Shown here: piece after piece, positions 12,570-26,802 of the stretch
Position numbering within the stretch: position 1 is the first letter of the stretch
How the letters are laid out: every line of letters begins with the position of its first letter
Source: Atractiella rhizophila
Taxonomy: Eukaryota
NCBI GenBank assembly: GCA_021432655.1
Contig: MU271440.1
Span: forward strand, 1-64,000
Length of the DNA: 64,000 nucleotides
Direction: 5' to 3'
Program-made: the position numbers and the translations under genes
The notes under the pieces: model-generated
Told to the model about the DNA's origin: nothing
The model's input: the letters and a program-made list of their open reading frames with translations, nothing else
The model's database searches: none

Positions 12570-13515
12570 AGTGATCCTATAATGTACTGTTATAAGAACG
12601 TGAGCACTCTGTCCAACTGAGGGGATGCGAGGAGGATTGAAGGAAGCAGAAAGGGCGAAAAAAAGTGCAAAGTTCACCTAGATATGCTTATATTCTTCTT
12701 GAAAACTTATAAAGTGCCATTAAGCCCTAGACCTGATTGTGCGGAGAAAGGAAGGGCAAAACAAAATCTCAACCCAATCTTCGAACAAACAAAAGCAAAT
12801 ACTTGATTCCGATCGCGTTCGTGCTGAACCCGACGTACTTCTATTTCTGTGATTGCTTTGGGCTAGGTGTGAACCTGAAATAAATTTGGCGCAATGTTTC
12901 AAAATCGAGCAAGGAGACGTATTTTAAAGTCAATATTTCTCAAATTAATGCTTCCCTATTGTTTTACTTAAGTCTACAAAGTGCTCAAGTAGTCAAAGAA
13001 GTATGGTGCTTCGAAACTGGCCGCGTAACAATCACATATAGAATAATTTCTTCTACCACGGCCGAATTTAGGAGCTTCGAGAGTACCTGGCATAAATTAA
13101 GAAATCCAGCAAGCTGGCTTTGCAGATTGCCTTGCTGATTGATGTGCATGTGCGTAGAAGCCGTTTGCATTTACAAGAGCTTCAAATATGCACGATGCAG
13201 GGAGGGAAAACAGATACTCCTCGCTGTGAGGCAAAAACAACATGCCCCAACATCCCTTTTCCCTTACAAGACAAAGAGTTACTCACGTTCCTCTCGTCTC
13301 TCCTTTCTTTTTGGGCAACGTCCCTATCCACTATCAAATAACTGAAATGCGCTATATCCTCCTTGATTGTTGTTGACCAACAACTCCAAAGACTCTCGCT
13401 TGATGAGATGACTTGATGTTGACTTCGCTGGTCAAGTGCGAAAGGAGGTGCGCAGTTGGTGTCTAGTCATTCTCTGGTCTGCTAATCTTTATGCCACGTG
13501 ATAACAACAGCAGAA

Positions 13516-13928
13516 ATGTCAACTGTGAGTTTTCTGCTGTTCTGCTTGCCTTTACTGAGAGAAGCATGATGAATGTTGGTCGCATAGGATAAAGCATTTG
13601 GACTCGCCCTTCTAGGGCTCTCAGGTGTCATATTCACCTATTATACCATCTGGGCTTTATTTTCCGTGAGTGCTCTCGCTTACTCGCTTACTCTTTGCGT
13701 CTCTCTATCCTGTCCTATGCGCAATAGAGCTGATCAAAGGACTTCTGACAGCCCTTTCTCCCAGAGGAAGCAGCGCTCCTCGCATACTTCCCAGCGAGGG
13801 AATGGGCGATCCGATTACCTGCGCTCGCCGTCTGCATACTCTTTGGTGCTGTGGGCTTCGGCATGGGTGTCGTGTTGGTTAAACGAGGGCGAGCACGGAG
13901 GGGAAGGGGGAGGGAGAGGATTCTTTAG
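13516..13928 (+). CDS. DPM2: Dolichol-phosphate mannosyltransferase regulatory subunit DPM2
   Basis: Spliced product MST|DKAFGLALLGLSGVIFTYYTIWALFS|PFLPEEAALLAYFPAREWAIRLPALAVCILFGAVGFGMGVVLVKR...; IFTYYTxW and YFPxREWAI are DPM2 hallmarks; GTGAGT donors at 13525 and 13666. Not in the ORF track. Confidence 0.9.
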
Positions 13929-15191
13929 CTTCAATATGGGAGTTGATTCGGCGAAGTGCTCTCTGCAGTCAGTTGGGTATGGTGCATAGGCGGAAAGTGG
14001 GATGTGGCTGTCGTTGGCTCGGAGCGCTAGATGTCTTAAGGACGCCTAGCACATCAGTCAGTGGGATTTGTGGATTGGCCACGAATGGGAAGGAACGAGC
14101 TCATCATTATATCCTCTTCTGCTCCGACTGGTATTTTGCGCCTAGTGTCATATGAATTCAGCCTCCCCTGTAACGCTACATTTATGTTCTTTGTGAGGAA
14201 GAACACGAGGTAGGTTCATCATTGGCTTTCTCAAGCTCAACCTGAGATGAGAGTATTTCCTCTGAGTTTCGGGAACGCGAATGGTATTAGAGATGTTGCG
14301 TCATAACGCAACCTGAAAACGACGACCCCTTCAAACGGAAGGAAGAAAGAAAGAAAAGCGTAGATTATACTATTTATCCCATTGACGGGAAAAGTGGGAA
14401 TAGAGTAAGGTACGGCTTTTTTCGTCTCAGTTTGTCTGGGTCTGGGTCTGGAGGTAGAGCAAGGTGTTTCTTCAAACAAAATGATGGAAGATGGATCGCT
14501 TCACTTGACAGAGCGCCTTTTATCGTCTAAGAGAGACGTGTTAGTCCTCGGCTGTTATGGAAAGAGAATTCCATTCTGTTTTGAGTCCCTGTTCGACTTG
14601 GTGTTTCTGTCTTTCCCCGTGTGCTGTATACTACCTCGGAATGTGTTGAGGGATGCGATGTGGGTACAGAGAGCCACCAACTTGCATAAATACACCAAAG
14701 TTTTAAAAGATTGAGAAAAGCGAATCCACGAATCACTTTAGTTGTTAGCGCGTCACTTGTTCCCCTAGCTCTATCATATCCCGCTCCGCATAGTGAAGGG
14801 ACGGAGCAGATGAGCCGAGAAGAAGTTTACTTTACTTGATACCGCTCTATTTATTCCCTTCCAACTCCTTTAAAGCGGTGCAATCTTGTTATTTGTCCGG
14901 CACTTGTCGGATGTCGCCGCTTTACTTTCCTTCCCTCAGAATTGAAGGGGCCAAATATTACTTAGGATGAGTAAGCTAGAATTCGTGGAATTGCATTAAG
15001 AGTCGTTTACTACCTCTCGCAGCTATCACACCCACCGCTTTTTTGTGCGACGAGGGGCCAGGCAACGAGATATCACCCAAAATCTCCTGACCATTTACGA
15101 AATATCGTGATGCTTCCTTCCCTTTACTAGAGCCAGGGGCTGTTCTACCGAGCCCACGACTTTACTTTACACGCTGATACCGGCTCTCCAG

Positions 15192-16480
15192 ATGAACAAG
15201 TCACGCTTCCTTACCACACTCCTCCTGCCAACGCTCCCATCTCGTGCCTTCTCCAGCACGACGCGTCGCGCATTCCAACCGTCTCTACGCTCACTATCCG
15301 AACCCGTCTCCAATGTCCCAAATCCATCTGGACCCTCAAAAACGCAAAGGTACCTCTTCGGTGGCTTCCCTCACATTCTCGGCGGTCTCGCGCTTGGGTT
15401 CGGAATCGTCTGGTATATGGAACATGACAAACCTGGAGACACTACCTATCGTCGATTTGAGACCAAGGTGTTGGAGATGTTTGGAAAGAAGAGAGTGCTT
15501 GAGAACGCCCTGAGCAAGGATGAATGGCATGAGTTTGTCTTGGAGCGGAAGCAGGTAGGTCATTCAGTTCTGCAATAGAATTTGCCTGAGATCGGCGAAG
15601 GATTACAACCACAACACTGCGATCTTCACCTTCTCCATCCCTGCTCACACCTACATCGACTTGCCCACCGCATCGTGCCTCATGGTCGGAGCACCGGGCA
15701 AGGATCCCAACAAGCCAATCGTCCGACCTTACACTCCCATCACGGCGCCTTACTTCAGCGATAGGATCGAGCTGATGATCAAGCGATATGACCAAGGGAA
15801 GGTGTCGAAGCATATCCACAACCTACGACCTGGAGAAACGCTCAAGATGAAGGGACACTTTCCCAAGTTCCCTTACGAACCCAACAAATTCACGGTAAGC
15901 TGATCCTCGTCATGTGGAAACTTCTCGCTCATGCGGAAGGCAGAAAATCGCCATGATCGCTGGAGGATCTGGCATCACACCGATGTTCCAGATCTTGCAG
16001 ACCATTGACGCCAATCCTGCAGACAAAACTCAAGCGCTCCTCATTTTTTCCAATCGCGAAGAACGGGACATCTTGTTGCGAGGAGAATTCGAAGATTTGG
16101 TGAAGCGGAAACCAGATCAGTTCAATGTCGTCTTCACTCTCGACGAGCCTCCTCAAAGATGGGGCGGACCTTCAGGTTTCATTACAAAGGATCTTCTGAA
16201 GAGCTTCCTCCCTGGTCCCCAGCAGGGAGAAAACATCAAAATATTCGTTTGTGGGCCCCCAGCCCAAAGTAAGTTTTTGCCCGCCTGGTCCCGTCAGCTA
16301 AAACTTAGATGAACGTTTAGTGGAACACATCTCTGGGAACAAGAAGAGTCCTCAAGATCAGGGCGAACTGAAAGGAATCTTAAAAGAGCTGGGTTATACT
16401 GAAGAACAAGTCTACAAGGTTCGTTCAGGGCTCATGTTCATCGCACTGATTGAAACTAATGGATGCCGAACTAGTTCTAA
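15192..16480 (+). CDS. MCR1: Mitochondrial NADH-cytochrome b5 reductase (Mcr1-like)
   Basis: R/S-rich presequence plus [54 protein letters not shown], terminal VYKF. Confidence 0.9.
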
Positions 16481-16594
16481 GTCCGTAGACCTAGCGAGAG
16501 AATTTACATTACTGTAGATACTTGGTAGGAAATACAATCCAAAATAATTCCAGCCTCTACTTGTACAAAGATAAGATACGTCAGAACGCCTACC

Positions 16595-18361
16595 CTAGTA
16601 CTCTTTCTCCTCCACTTCCGCCGCCACTTCTTCGTAATCTGTTCTCGCTTCAGAATATTTTAGGTGTGCGATGCCGCCGGGGACATACCTTTCTCTAGGG
16701 CAGCAAGATCTTCACGGGCCTCTCCAAACTCTCCCTCTTCCATACCCTCTCCAACGTACCAGTGTACGAAAGCTCGTTTGGAGTAGAGACGATCGAACTT
16801 TTCATCCAGATTTCTCCAACTACAATCGAGATTAGTTGTTGAACTTGGACAAATGGCAACGACTTACGCGGAAAGAATAGAAGTGCTGTTTGACAGCATG
16901 CAGAGGGAGCGAGTGACAGGCGCCATCCCAATGTGAGTCGGAGGTGACGCGCAGAGTCCCAGCTTTAGGGAAAGGATAATCAACAATTGTTAGGTTAAGA
17001 AGGCAGAAAGTAAAGAGCGCACCTTAAAACCGGTAGGGCTCCAGTCGACGAATCGAATCGTCTTCCTCGTCTTGATATTAGCAACAGCAGCATTCGCTGT
17101 GATTTCCTCTTAGTACAAGAGAAAAGAAAATTGAGATTACTGACCATCTCTCGGTACGACATCGCCTCGAAATAAAAGAGCGCAAGACATATATCTTCCC
17201 TCAACTGCTCGCACGTTCATATAGCTGTTGGAGTCGAAACAAGCAGCGATCATTTCAGACACAGAGTTTCGTTCATGCGCGGCTGGTGACGCAACTTATT
17301 TTAGATTCAGGCAAGAAGGAGAAAAGAGCGAACCATTATTCTCAGGGAGGAGTGGGGCATAGCTCATGAGAGGATAATGAATCCGAGGGAAAGGTACCAA
17401 GTTAGTCTGGAATTCGGATAGGTCGACATTGAGAGCTCCTTCAAAGCTTCCTTCATTGATTCAGCGGGGCAACATCTCCCAAAAGCGTAAAAACTAACCG
17501 AATAGAGGATGTTACTGAAGATACAGCTTGTGCAATTAATCGGTTGACATTTTGCATTCCTGGGAGCTTCGCATTCAAGCGAGCCCTGCAAAGATCGTAC
17601 ACAGCCTCGTTGTCGATGAGAAAGGAAACATCGACATGTTCCATTGTGGTATGGGTCGTAAGAACTGCGTTATAAGGCTCAACCACGGAATTCGAACGTC
17701 CCTTGGCTGAAAGACGGTGAGCATCCTCTCTAACCAAACGATGCATACATACATGGATAAATTCCAAACTGAAGGCGTGAAATCTTGCCGTAATCATTTG
17801 CCAGCTTCTCCAAGAGCAAGCTGCCAAATCCAGAACCCGTCCCACCTCCGAATGAATTGAACATGAGAAAACCCTACGATATCCTTTAGCGAGAAGGATA
17901 GGGAACACAGGAAGAACGAACCTGCATCCCATCACAAGCTTCAGCTAGCTTTCGAACCCGATCCATTGCCGTATCTACAAGATTTCTGCCCACGGTGTAG
18001 TGTCCGCGTGCATAGTTTGACGCAGCGTCCTCAGGCCCAGAGACGAGATCGTCAGGGTGAAAAAGCCCTTTGAAGTCTCCTTTGCGCACCGTATCCCTAT
18101 TCTCTACACTTCAGCGGCAACTCAAAAGGGGTAAGAGGAAGAGGCTCACACAACAGACGGTTCAAGGTCCATAAATGCCGCCCTGGGGACATACTTTGCG
18201 TCCCTGGTTTCGTTGAAGAAGAGAGAAGGATCTCCAAATGGAAGGGCTTCCTTCAGCTTGCCAGTGGTTGTTATTCCATGCTCCAGCAGGAGGAGCTCCC
18301 ACACACTGGACCCAAGCTGACATCCCGCCTGTCCGACGTGCAAGCTGACGACTTGACGCAT
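16595..18361 (-). CDS. Alpha-tubulin, divergent paralog
   Basis: [81 protein letters not shown], tail [14 protein letters not shown]. Confidence 0.92.
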
Positions 18362-19204
18362 CGACGAGGCGGGGGGAGCAAGATACCACGTATTGCGAAT
18401 CTTGAAAGGAGTTTATGGGCTCAGAGTCCTTTCCCTGTAAGCAACGAGGGAGGACAAGAGCTTGAAAATCAGGTGCAGGGACCGAAAAGAAAAGGTGTGC
18501 CCTTTTTATACGATGGGCTGAGTACTGGGTGCGGTACTGAGAAGGACAGCTGACTCGCTTTCTCGTCAAATTCTGAGGTGTCCAAAACGAGAGACGAGCT
18601 CGCGGATCCGATAGAGGAACCGACGGTGCTGATGCTCTAAATCCTTTGCGTCAGTACTCGATATGAATACCGGGTGATCATACTACCTTACTCAAGCAAA
18701 CTGAGCCACCGTTATTAATATATATTCACAATGGTCCCTTCTTCCCCGTTCGCCTTCAAGCCAAAACATTCGAAAAGCAAGGAGCGGACGGAAATGGCCC
18801 AACTGCGGACAAACACATTAGATCATCAGTGTGAGAACATTGGGATTGTTGGTACAGTAAGATGAGGCGTCTGTTTCGAATTTCAGGTTTAGCACGGTCA
18901 GAGTATTATCTTCCGGGCTGTTTTATTCCCCAGGGTAACTCATGCTCCAATACGTGGAAACTAAACAAGCCATTCTATGGTCTGAGGATATATCTTGGTT
19001 CGCAGGGTCAATCGTCTCCCTCTGTGTATGCTTTTCCAACTTGCACGCGAATGGGCTGCTTTCAGCAGATTTGGAATGACGTTGATCGTGATGCTAGCAC
19101 GTTGGCAGCGAATACACGGCCTTTTTCATGGGCCTGTTACAGGAACCCCTTCTTCCCCACTGAATAGACTGATGCTCTTGTTTATAGTACCCTAAATTGC
19201 GCTC

Positions 19205-20780
19205 ATGACCGTCACTTTGAACAACCTTTCTCCCGAACTCTTGCTTGAAATCCATACAGACTTTGCTTGGATCCTACGCTGTCACTTTCGTATCTGTGTT
19301 CCTTACGAACCGACTCTCGCCTGTTTTCCAATTTGGTCGAGCCCGTTGTATTCAAAAGACAGATCAACCTAGACGTTACCTCCGTTCGTCGCCACCTGAA
19401 ATATTGTCCAGAAAGGTGCCAACTTATCCGATCTGTTGAATGGAAATGAACCAGGAGACCAAGAGCTTCTTCAAATTTTGGAGGATGCCTCGCGGCTAAT
19501 TGCCTTGCAGATCCACTGGCACCCAGTTTATGCGCAAATGTTTCCTTCATTTGCTTTTCCGGTCAATTATCAGAAAAGTCTAACAGTTCTTGATTTGAAC
19601 ATCCGACATGACAGTCACAATGTGGACCCCGATTTTGCTCGTCAAATATTCCTTGCATTATGTCGGCTAACCAGCTTGAAGATGCTCTACCTTTGGTTCT
19701 TTAACAGCGCGATGTTTCCTAATCCGGAAATACTCCAAGTGGAAATAGTTTCTCTCATGCTGGATGGTAGCGTTCACGACGACGACTGGGGAAAAGAGTG
19801 GAAGAATGACTCCGTGTTTCCGTATCTACGACCATGTCTGGCTACATTGACCCGTCTGTGCATATCTGACATCGTATTCCAAAGCCACACCAGTGTGAAT
19901 GATGTTTTCGAAGCATGTTGCAATACTCTACAACAGCTCTCGTTCAAACTCTGGAGGGCACAACCTCCACCTGTCACCACAATATTTCCCTGCCTTCGTT
20001 GACTGTCTGTTCAAAATGGGTTCTGCCAGGAAAGCACCAACTTTTACGAAGTTATGCCCAATATTTCACGATCCACTCAACTTGTTACCATGGTCTTAGA
20101 ACGATTCTCGTTTCAACGAGCGAGCTACGGCACGGAACCGATTCAGCTACATGCTCTCCGCTTGTACAAGCTCTCCGCTTGTCAGCATGCAATCTGGACT
20201 CATCCTCTGACGGCCTATATCCCCTGCTCATTCAGCATAGCCTGAAGTCACTCCATTTTGACACATATTTCACGAATGACGCTGCGAAAGATAGCATGGC
20301 CCTCATATCGTTCTTTGGCGATTGGTTGCGTGACCTAACGTGCCACGGCAACACTGATACACTGTCTGCCATCAGCAACTGCCACAACCTCTTCTCTTTG
20401 ACCTTGGGATCAGGCTCTTATACAGTTCTGCCGTCCATCGTGGCTATGACGAGCTTCTCGTTGAAATTTACAATTTCCTACTTGTTCCTCCAGAGTTTTT
20501 CAAGCCTGCAAATTTTTCTGCGCTCCTAACTCGGTTTCATCCTACCAATTTTCCCAACCTAAAGGGTGTACACCTTGGATACCTTCTTAAAAAGTCTGCT
20601 GGAGAAGAAGCTGGAGAAGAGGATATCCCTTTTGGTCGACTTTTCTTCAAGGTTAACATAGGCTTCAAAAATGACTCTTTTGAACGCTGGCGAGCTGAAG
20701 TTCGGCGTGCGCTTAGGCTTCCTGTCAACGAACCAGTTTTGAAATTTGACCCATTCGTGGCCCTCAACCAATAACTGAGA
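19205..20780 (+). pseudogene. Disrupted F-box/LRR-like gene
   Basis: Starts MTVTLNNLSPELLLEI (F-box-like). Continuing into LCSLRTDSRLFSNLVEPVVF and the LRR-like repeats (LTSLKMLYL, LKSLHF, LFSLTL) needs frameshifts near 19250, 19440 and 20150 and passes an in-frame TGA at 20000-20002. No intron signals seen at these breaks. Confidence 0.65.
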
Positions 20781-21297
20781 CAAGAGTGCTCTTTTACTTT
20801 CCAATGTGCATGTGGCGGGTAGCGTGAACTATATGGGTCCTTCCATTGTGTTTAAATACGAGGCTTCTGCCTGCTACCTATGTCACTTCTATTCAAAGCT
20901 TATGTTTATCTTTTCGGGTTGATTACAAGCTCTGCTGGAGAATCCCGGTCGTTGAGTTGGTATGCGGTAAACTTTTGCGAACGAGAGCGCTTCGCCGAAT
21001 TTCACGAAAGCGAGCCCTATCATCAACTACAGGTGACAGGTGAGACAGGACAACACACCCGAGAATTACTCCTCTTGGGCCGATGCTCCGATTGAGACTG
21101 CATGAGGACCCATAACCTGCAATATATTGTCCAAAGACGACATATGTTCGCCCGAGAGTCGAGTCAATTCTCCCGTGCAGCCATGTCGCGTTGAACCCAC
21201 GAATAAAAGAAAGGGAGAAGCCAGGCTAAAAACTCCCAGTTACAGAAGTGAGACGACAATCTGTATTTCTTCCCCTCATATTCTTTGAGTCGACGGC

Positions 21298-22157
21298 ATG
21301 TCCCTTCCTTTCGCCAGTGGTGAGAGCAACTTTTTGTGATGCATAGTCCAATTTGCGAATGACAAACTTACTTAGACAGGTCAGCAGCATCCCCACGCCT
21401 CCCATACGACATATTCCACCAAATAACGTCCTTCTGTCCTCCCTCCACACTCTCCTTACTATGCCTCACGGACGCTTCCTTTTACCACAGCGCAAGCCGG
21501 CGTCTTTACGGCTCCATCGGCCTCAACCGCGCGGCCAACGCTGCCCTGCTCCTAAGCGTCTTGAGGACAGTTGAGATGAGGCGTGGGCAGGTGGTACAGC
21601 TTCGGTTGGCGCTCGAGACGAGGGAAGGATGGGAAGCGGCGTGTGAGATCCTCGCTCTGCTGTCTGGGCAAAGATTGGAGCTGCTGGAGGTGGATGGACT
21701 CCTGGATGCGCGTGCAAGGCTGGTGATTGAATGTTTGCGGAGCGGGGAATGGAAGTCAGTGAAGAGGTTGGGTGTGAGGACTACGTTGCCCCTCGATTCC
21801 TTCGGAACGTATTACGCTTGGAAATGGACTGACATCTTCGACGCCCTCCCTTCGTTTCCGAATATCGAGCGACTTGAATTGGATGGCGTGTACCACAGCG
21901 AGTGGGAATGTTTGCACCCGTCGTTCAAGACCTTTGAGGATGCGTATAGACCGGAGGGAGAAAGAGAGCTCGAGATGCTCAAGTTGCGGGAATTGGACAT
22001 TCGACGGTCGTCTGTTTCATGGAGCGTGCTAAAACGTCTCATTGCCGAATCGACCGAACTCACCGTCTTTACAATCGACAGTATGAACTCAGACATGGCG
22101 GATTTTATAGCAGAGAGAGGGAAAGGAGGAGTAAAAGTAGACTACGATTCAGAATAA
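21298..22157 (+). CDS. F-box domain protein with LRR-like C-terminus
   Basis: Short exon MSLPFAS, intron (GTGAGA), then an open frame RLPYDIFHQITSFCPPSTLSLLCLTDASFYHSASRRLY continuing into ORF 21561-22157 (FPNIERLELDG, LKLRELDI). Confidence 0.75.
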
Positions 22158-23775
22158 GCTGTATTCCGTAATGTTTGCCTAGTATAAATCCTTAACATTT
22201 TTAGATTTAAATTCCCTAATACCATACCTCCGTGCTCGTGCGCTGAATTTTCCTCTAGATGGTAGCAAATTTGATATATTAATGAACGACAGTTTTTACA
22301 ATTGCGTGTGTCTGAGCAACTACATGAATTTACAGTAGTACAAGAGATATTTACCATTTGCGAAAAGGTGGCACTTCCTGCCATTTTCTATGAGATTGCA
22401 GTCAAGCTCAACATCAGCCCAAGTTAGGCGGTCTACCCGAATGTTGCTTATGTTGGCCCACACAATCGCTGGGGTTGAGACATTGGATTACAGAGAGTCT
22501 GCCAGCTCACACTAGGAGCACTCATGTGGACATGAAGCCCAATATTCCCTGTTCCACCTGTGATAACTAGATTTTCTCGTGAAAGGTATTGCAGTATTGC
22601 TAACAGGACCTCGTCTCTGAGACAATCATTTTTTTTCTCGCCATACTTTACGATCTAGCGTACTCGAGGCTGCGAGCATCCCTGTCACCGTTTTCTCCTG
22701 ACACCATGAAGAGGACGAAGCCAAAGACGAAGCGAGCATCAGATCACAATCAGAGTTTGTCCTTGCTTTTGACGACGCCCAACCCTCTAAATCGACGGAG
22801 AGGATTCCTAACACCAACCGCCGATAAAACCGAATATCGAGCGACTTGAATTGGATGGCGTGTACCACAGCGAGTGGGAATGTTTACACCCGTCGCTCAA
22901 GACCTTTGAGGATGTGCCCGGACGGGAGGGTGAAAGCGAGCGCGAGATGCTCAAGTTGGACATTCGCCGGTCGTCTGTTTCATGGAGCGTGCTAAAACGT
23001 CTCATTGCCGAATCGACCGAACTCACAGTCTTTACAGTCGACCGTATGAACTCGGACATGGCGTATTTTGTGGCAGAGAGAGGGAAAGGAGGAGTAAAAG
23101 TAAAATACGATTCAGAATAAGCTGTATTCCGTAATGTTTGCCTAGTATAAATCCTTAACATTTTTAGATTGATATTCCCTAATACCTCCGTGCTTGTGTT
23201 TCCTCTAGATGGTAGCAAAATTTGATATATTAATGAACGACAGTTTACAATTGCGTGTGTCTGAGCAACTACATGAATTTACAGTAGTACAAGAGATTTT
23301 TACCCATTTGCAAAATGGTGGCACTTCCTGCCATTTTCTATGAGATTGTAGTCGAGCTCAACATCAGCCCAAGTTAGAAGGTCTACCCGAATTTTGCTTA
23401 TGTTGGCCCACACAATCGCTGGGGTTGAGACATTATAGAGAGTCTGCCAGCTCACACTAGGAACACTCATGTGGACATGGAGCCCAATATTCCCTGCTCC
23501 ACCCACCTGTGATAACTAGATTTTTTCGTGAAAGGCATTGTAGTATTGCTAACAGGACCTCGTCTCTGAGACAATCATTTGTTTTCTCGCCATACTTGAC
23601 GATCTAGCGTACTCGAGGCTGCGAGCATCCCTGTCACCATTTTCTCCTGACACCATTAAGAGGACGAAGCCAAAGACGAAGCGACCATCAGATCACAACA
23701 ATCAGTTTGTCCTTGCTTTTGACGACGCTCAACCCTCTAAATCGACGGAGAGGATTCCTAACACCAACCGCCGAT
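21858..23775. repeat. Tandem direct duplication: copy 1 21858-22825, copy 2 22830-23775
   Basis: Both copies begin CCGAATATCGAGCGACTTGAATTGG and end CCTAACACCAACCGCCGAT; collinear with scattered substitutions and small indels. Confidence 0.95.
22830..23120 (+). pseudogene. Duplicated 3' fragment of the F-box gene
   Basis: ORF 22851-23120 closely matches the C-terminal ~90 aa of the 21298-22157 gene and lacks the F-box and start. Confidence 0.8.
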
Positions 23776-24156
23776 GCGCGAGGGAACGGACTCACTTGTT
23801 ACGGAGCGATACCCTCGCCGCCGACTTCATGACTGCTCGGCAACCATGACCGTCTTAATGCCATCCTAACTCACGGCTTCCTGGGCCGTGGTGCATCACC
23901 GGCGCAGCACCGGCATTTTCTTTCTCACCAATTACGTACGTATTCGATCGTAAACTGCGAAGATGCTAATTCTTGGGACTTTTGGTGTGGGATAAGCGGA
24001 TAAAAAGCTCATCGGCTGGTTACACCACCGGCACGCCATTCGCTTATACAACGCTTATCCAAGCGCACCACGCTCTCTCCCCTATTTATTCCCTCTCTCA
24101 CTACTCCTCCTCCTTCCTCAACTCCCTCAAGCCGCACATTAACTAACATCACCGCA

Positions 24157-25785
<1,629 letters not shown>

Positions 25786-26802
25786 GCTTGATGATCTCTT
25801 CACTTCTATTTTTTTTCAAAACCAAACACTTGTAGATTCTGGTGGTGTGTATTTAGAACAGTTTAGAATACAAATTGGTGTGTCTACGTGGAAATGTTGT
25901 ATCCACTTCATACGTCACCTTTCCCTTCTACCATGCCATTATTGTGAAAAGCGAGTCGTCAACATGATGCTTTGTCCATGTTTTAGTTTGAGAACAGTGG
26001 ATATAATAAAAGGAAGTCAAGTTCTTCCCCGTCCCTCTCCTCCAAATCAGTGTGGACGTCGCTCTCACTCCTCACTCGAATACAATCCGTCCTCACTTGA
26101 TCCGAGATCATTTCACAGGAACAAATAAGTCAATATTGAACCATTGTTAGGTATAGTCGCGTCGAGGTTATAGTGAGATGCTCCTGACCGATTATTGTGA
26201 ACTTTAGGGGATAGAGACAAAAGATTTAAAATGAAGCAGCCTAAGGACGGCGGGTATCCGCTGACTAGGACCACCTCCACTGCAACGAACGAAAGCCAAC
26301 CTCCATACTGCCTTGGCTCGATATTTAAGGATGAAATCCTGGGTATGATTAAACTAGACGCCAGTTACATCGACCTCGTCGATCTAGCCGAGCAGTGGAG
26401 TGAGGCAAAGATGTAAGGTCACTTGCTGTTGAATCGTGGCAATTTGAAGACTTGAAGGGTCTGTTTGAAAGTTGTTAGTAGAAGAGGGTAGGCGGATCAG
26501 CATCGACAACTTTGGCAACAGAAAGGGCATCAACAATGCCTGTTATATCTGTCAGAAACAATTCTTCGAGATAATAACATCATTTTCTACACCCAGATGC
26601 ACTCTGGCAACTCTCTAGTTTTGTGCGCCACGAAAAGTTTAAGGTCTCAAAAACCGACCTTATTCCCACTTCGAACCGTCTATCTAGTCTCGGTATCCAC
26701 CTTCTCCTTGAACGTGAAGAAGTCAGCTAACGCATCAGAAACGACCGTCGCCCCTCATCAGCATCGCAAGAGGTTTTACCCGCCTGTTCTCAGACAACGA
26801 CC

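Noticed and set aside
13566..13655. ATGATGA box C-like motif
   Set aside because: It lies at the end of a short DPM2 intron and is followed by DPM2 coding exon; no box D.
23300..23506. Minus-strand ORF within the duplicated segment
   Set aside because: Disrupted by indels in the other copy; no recognisable family.
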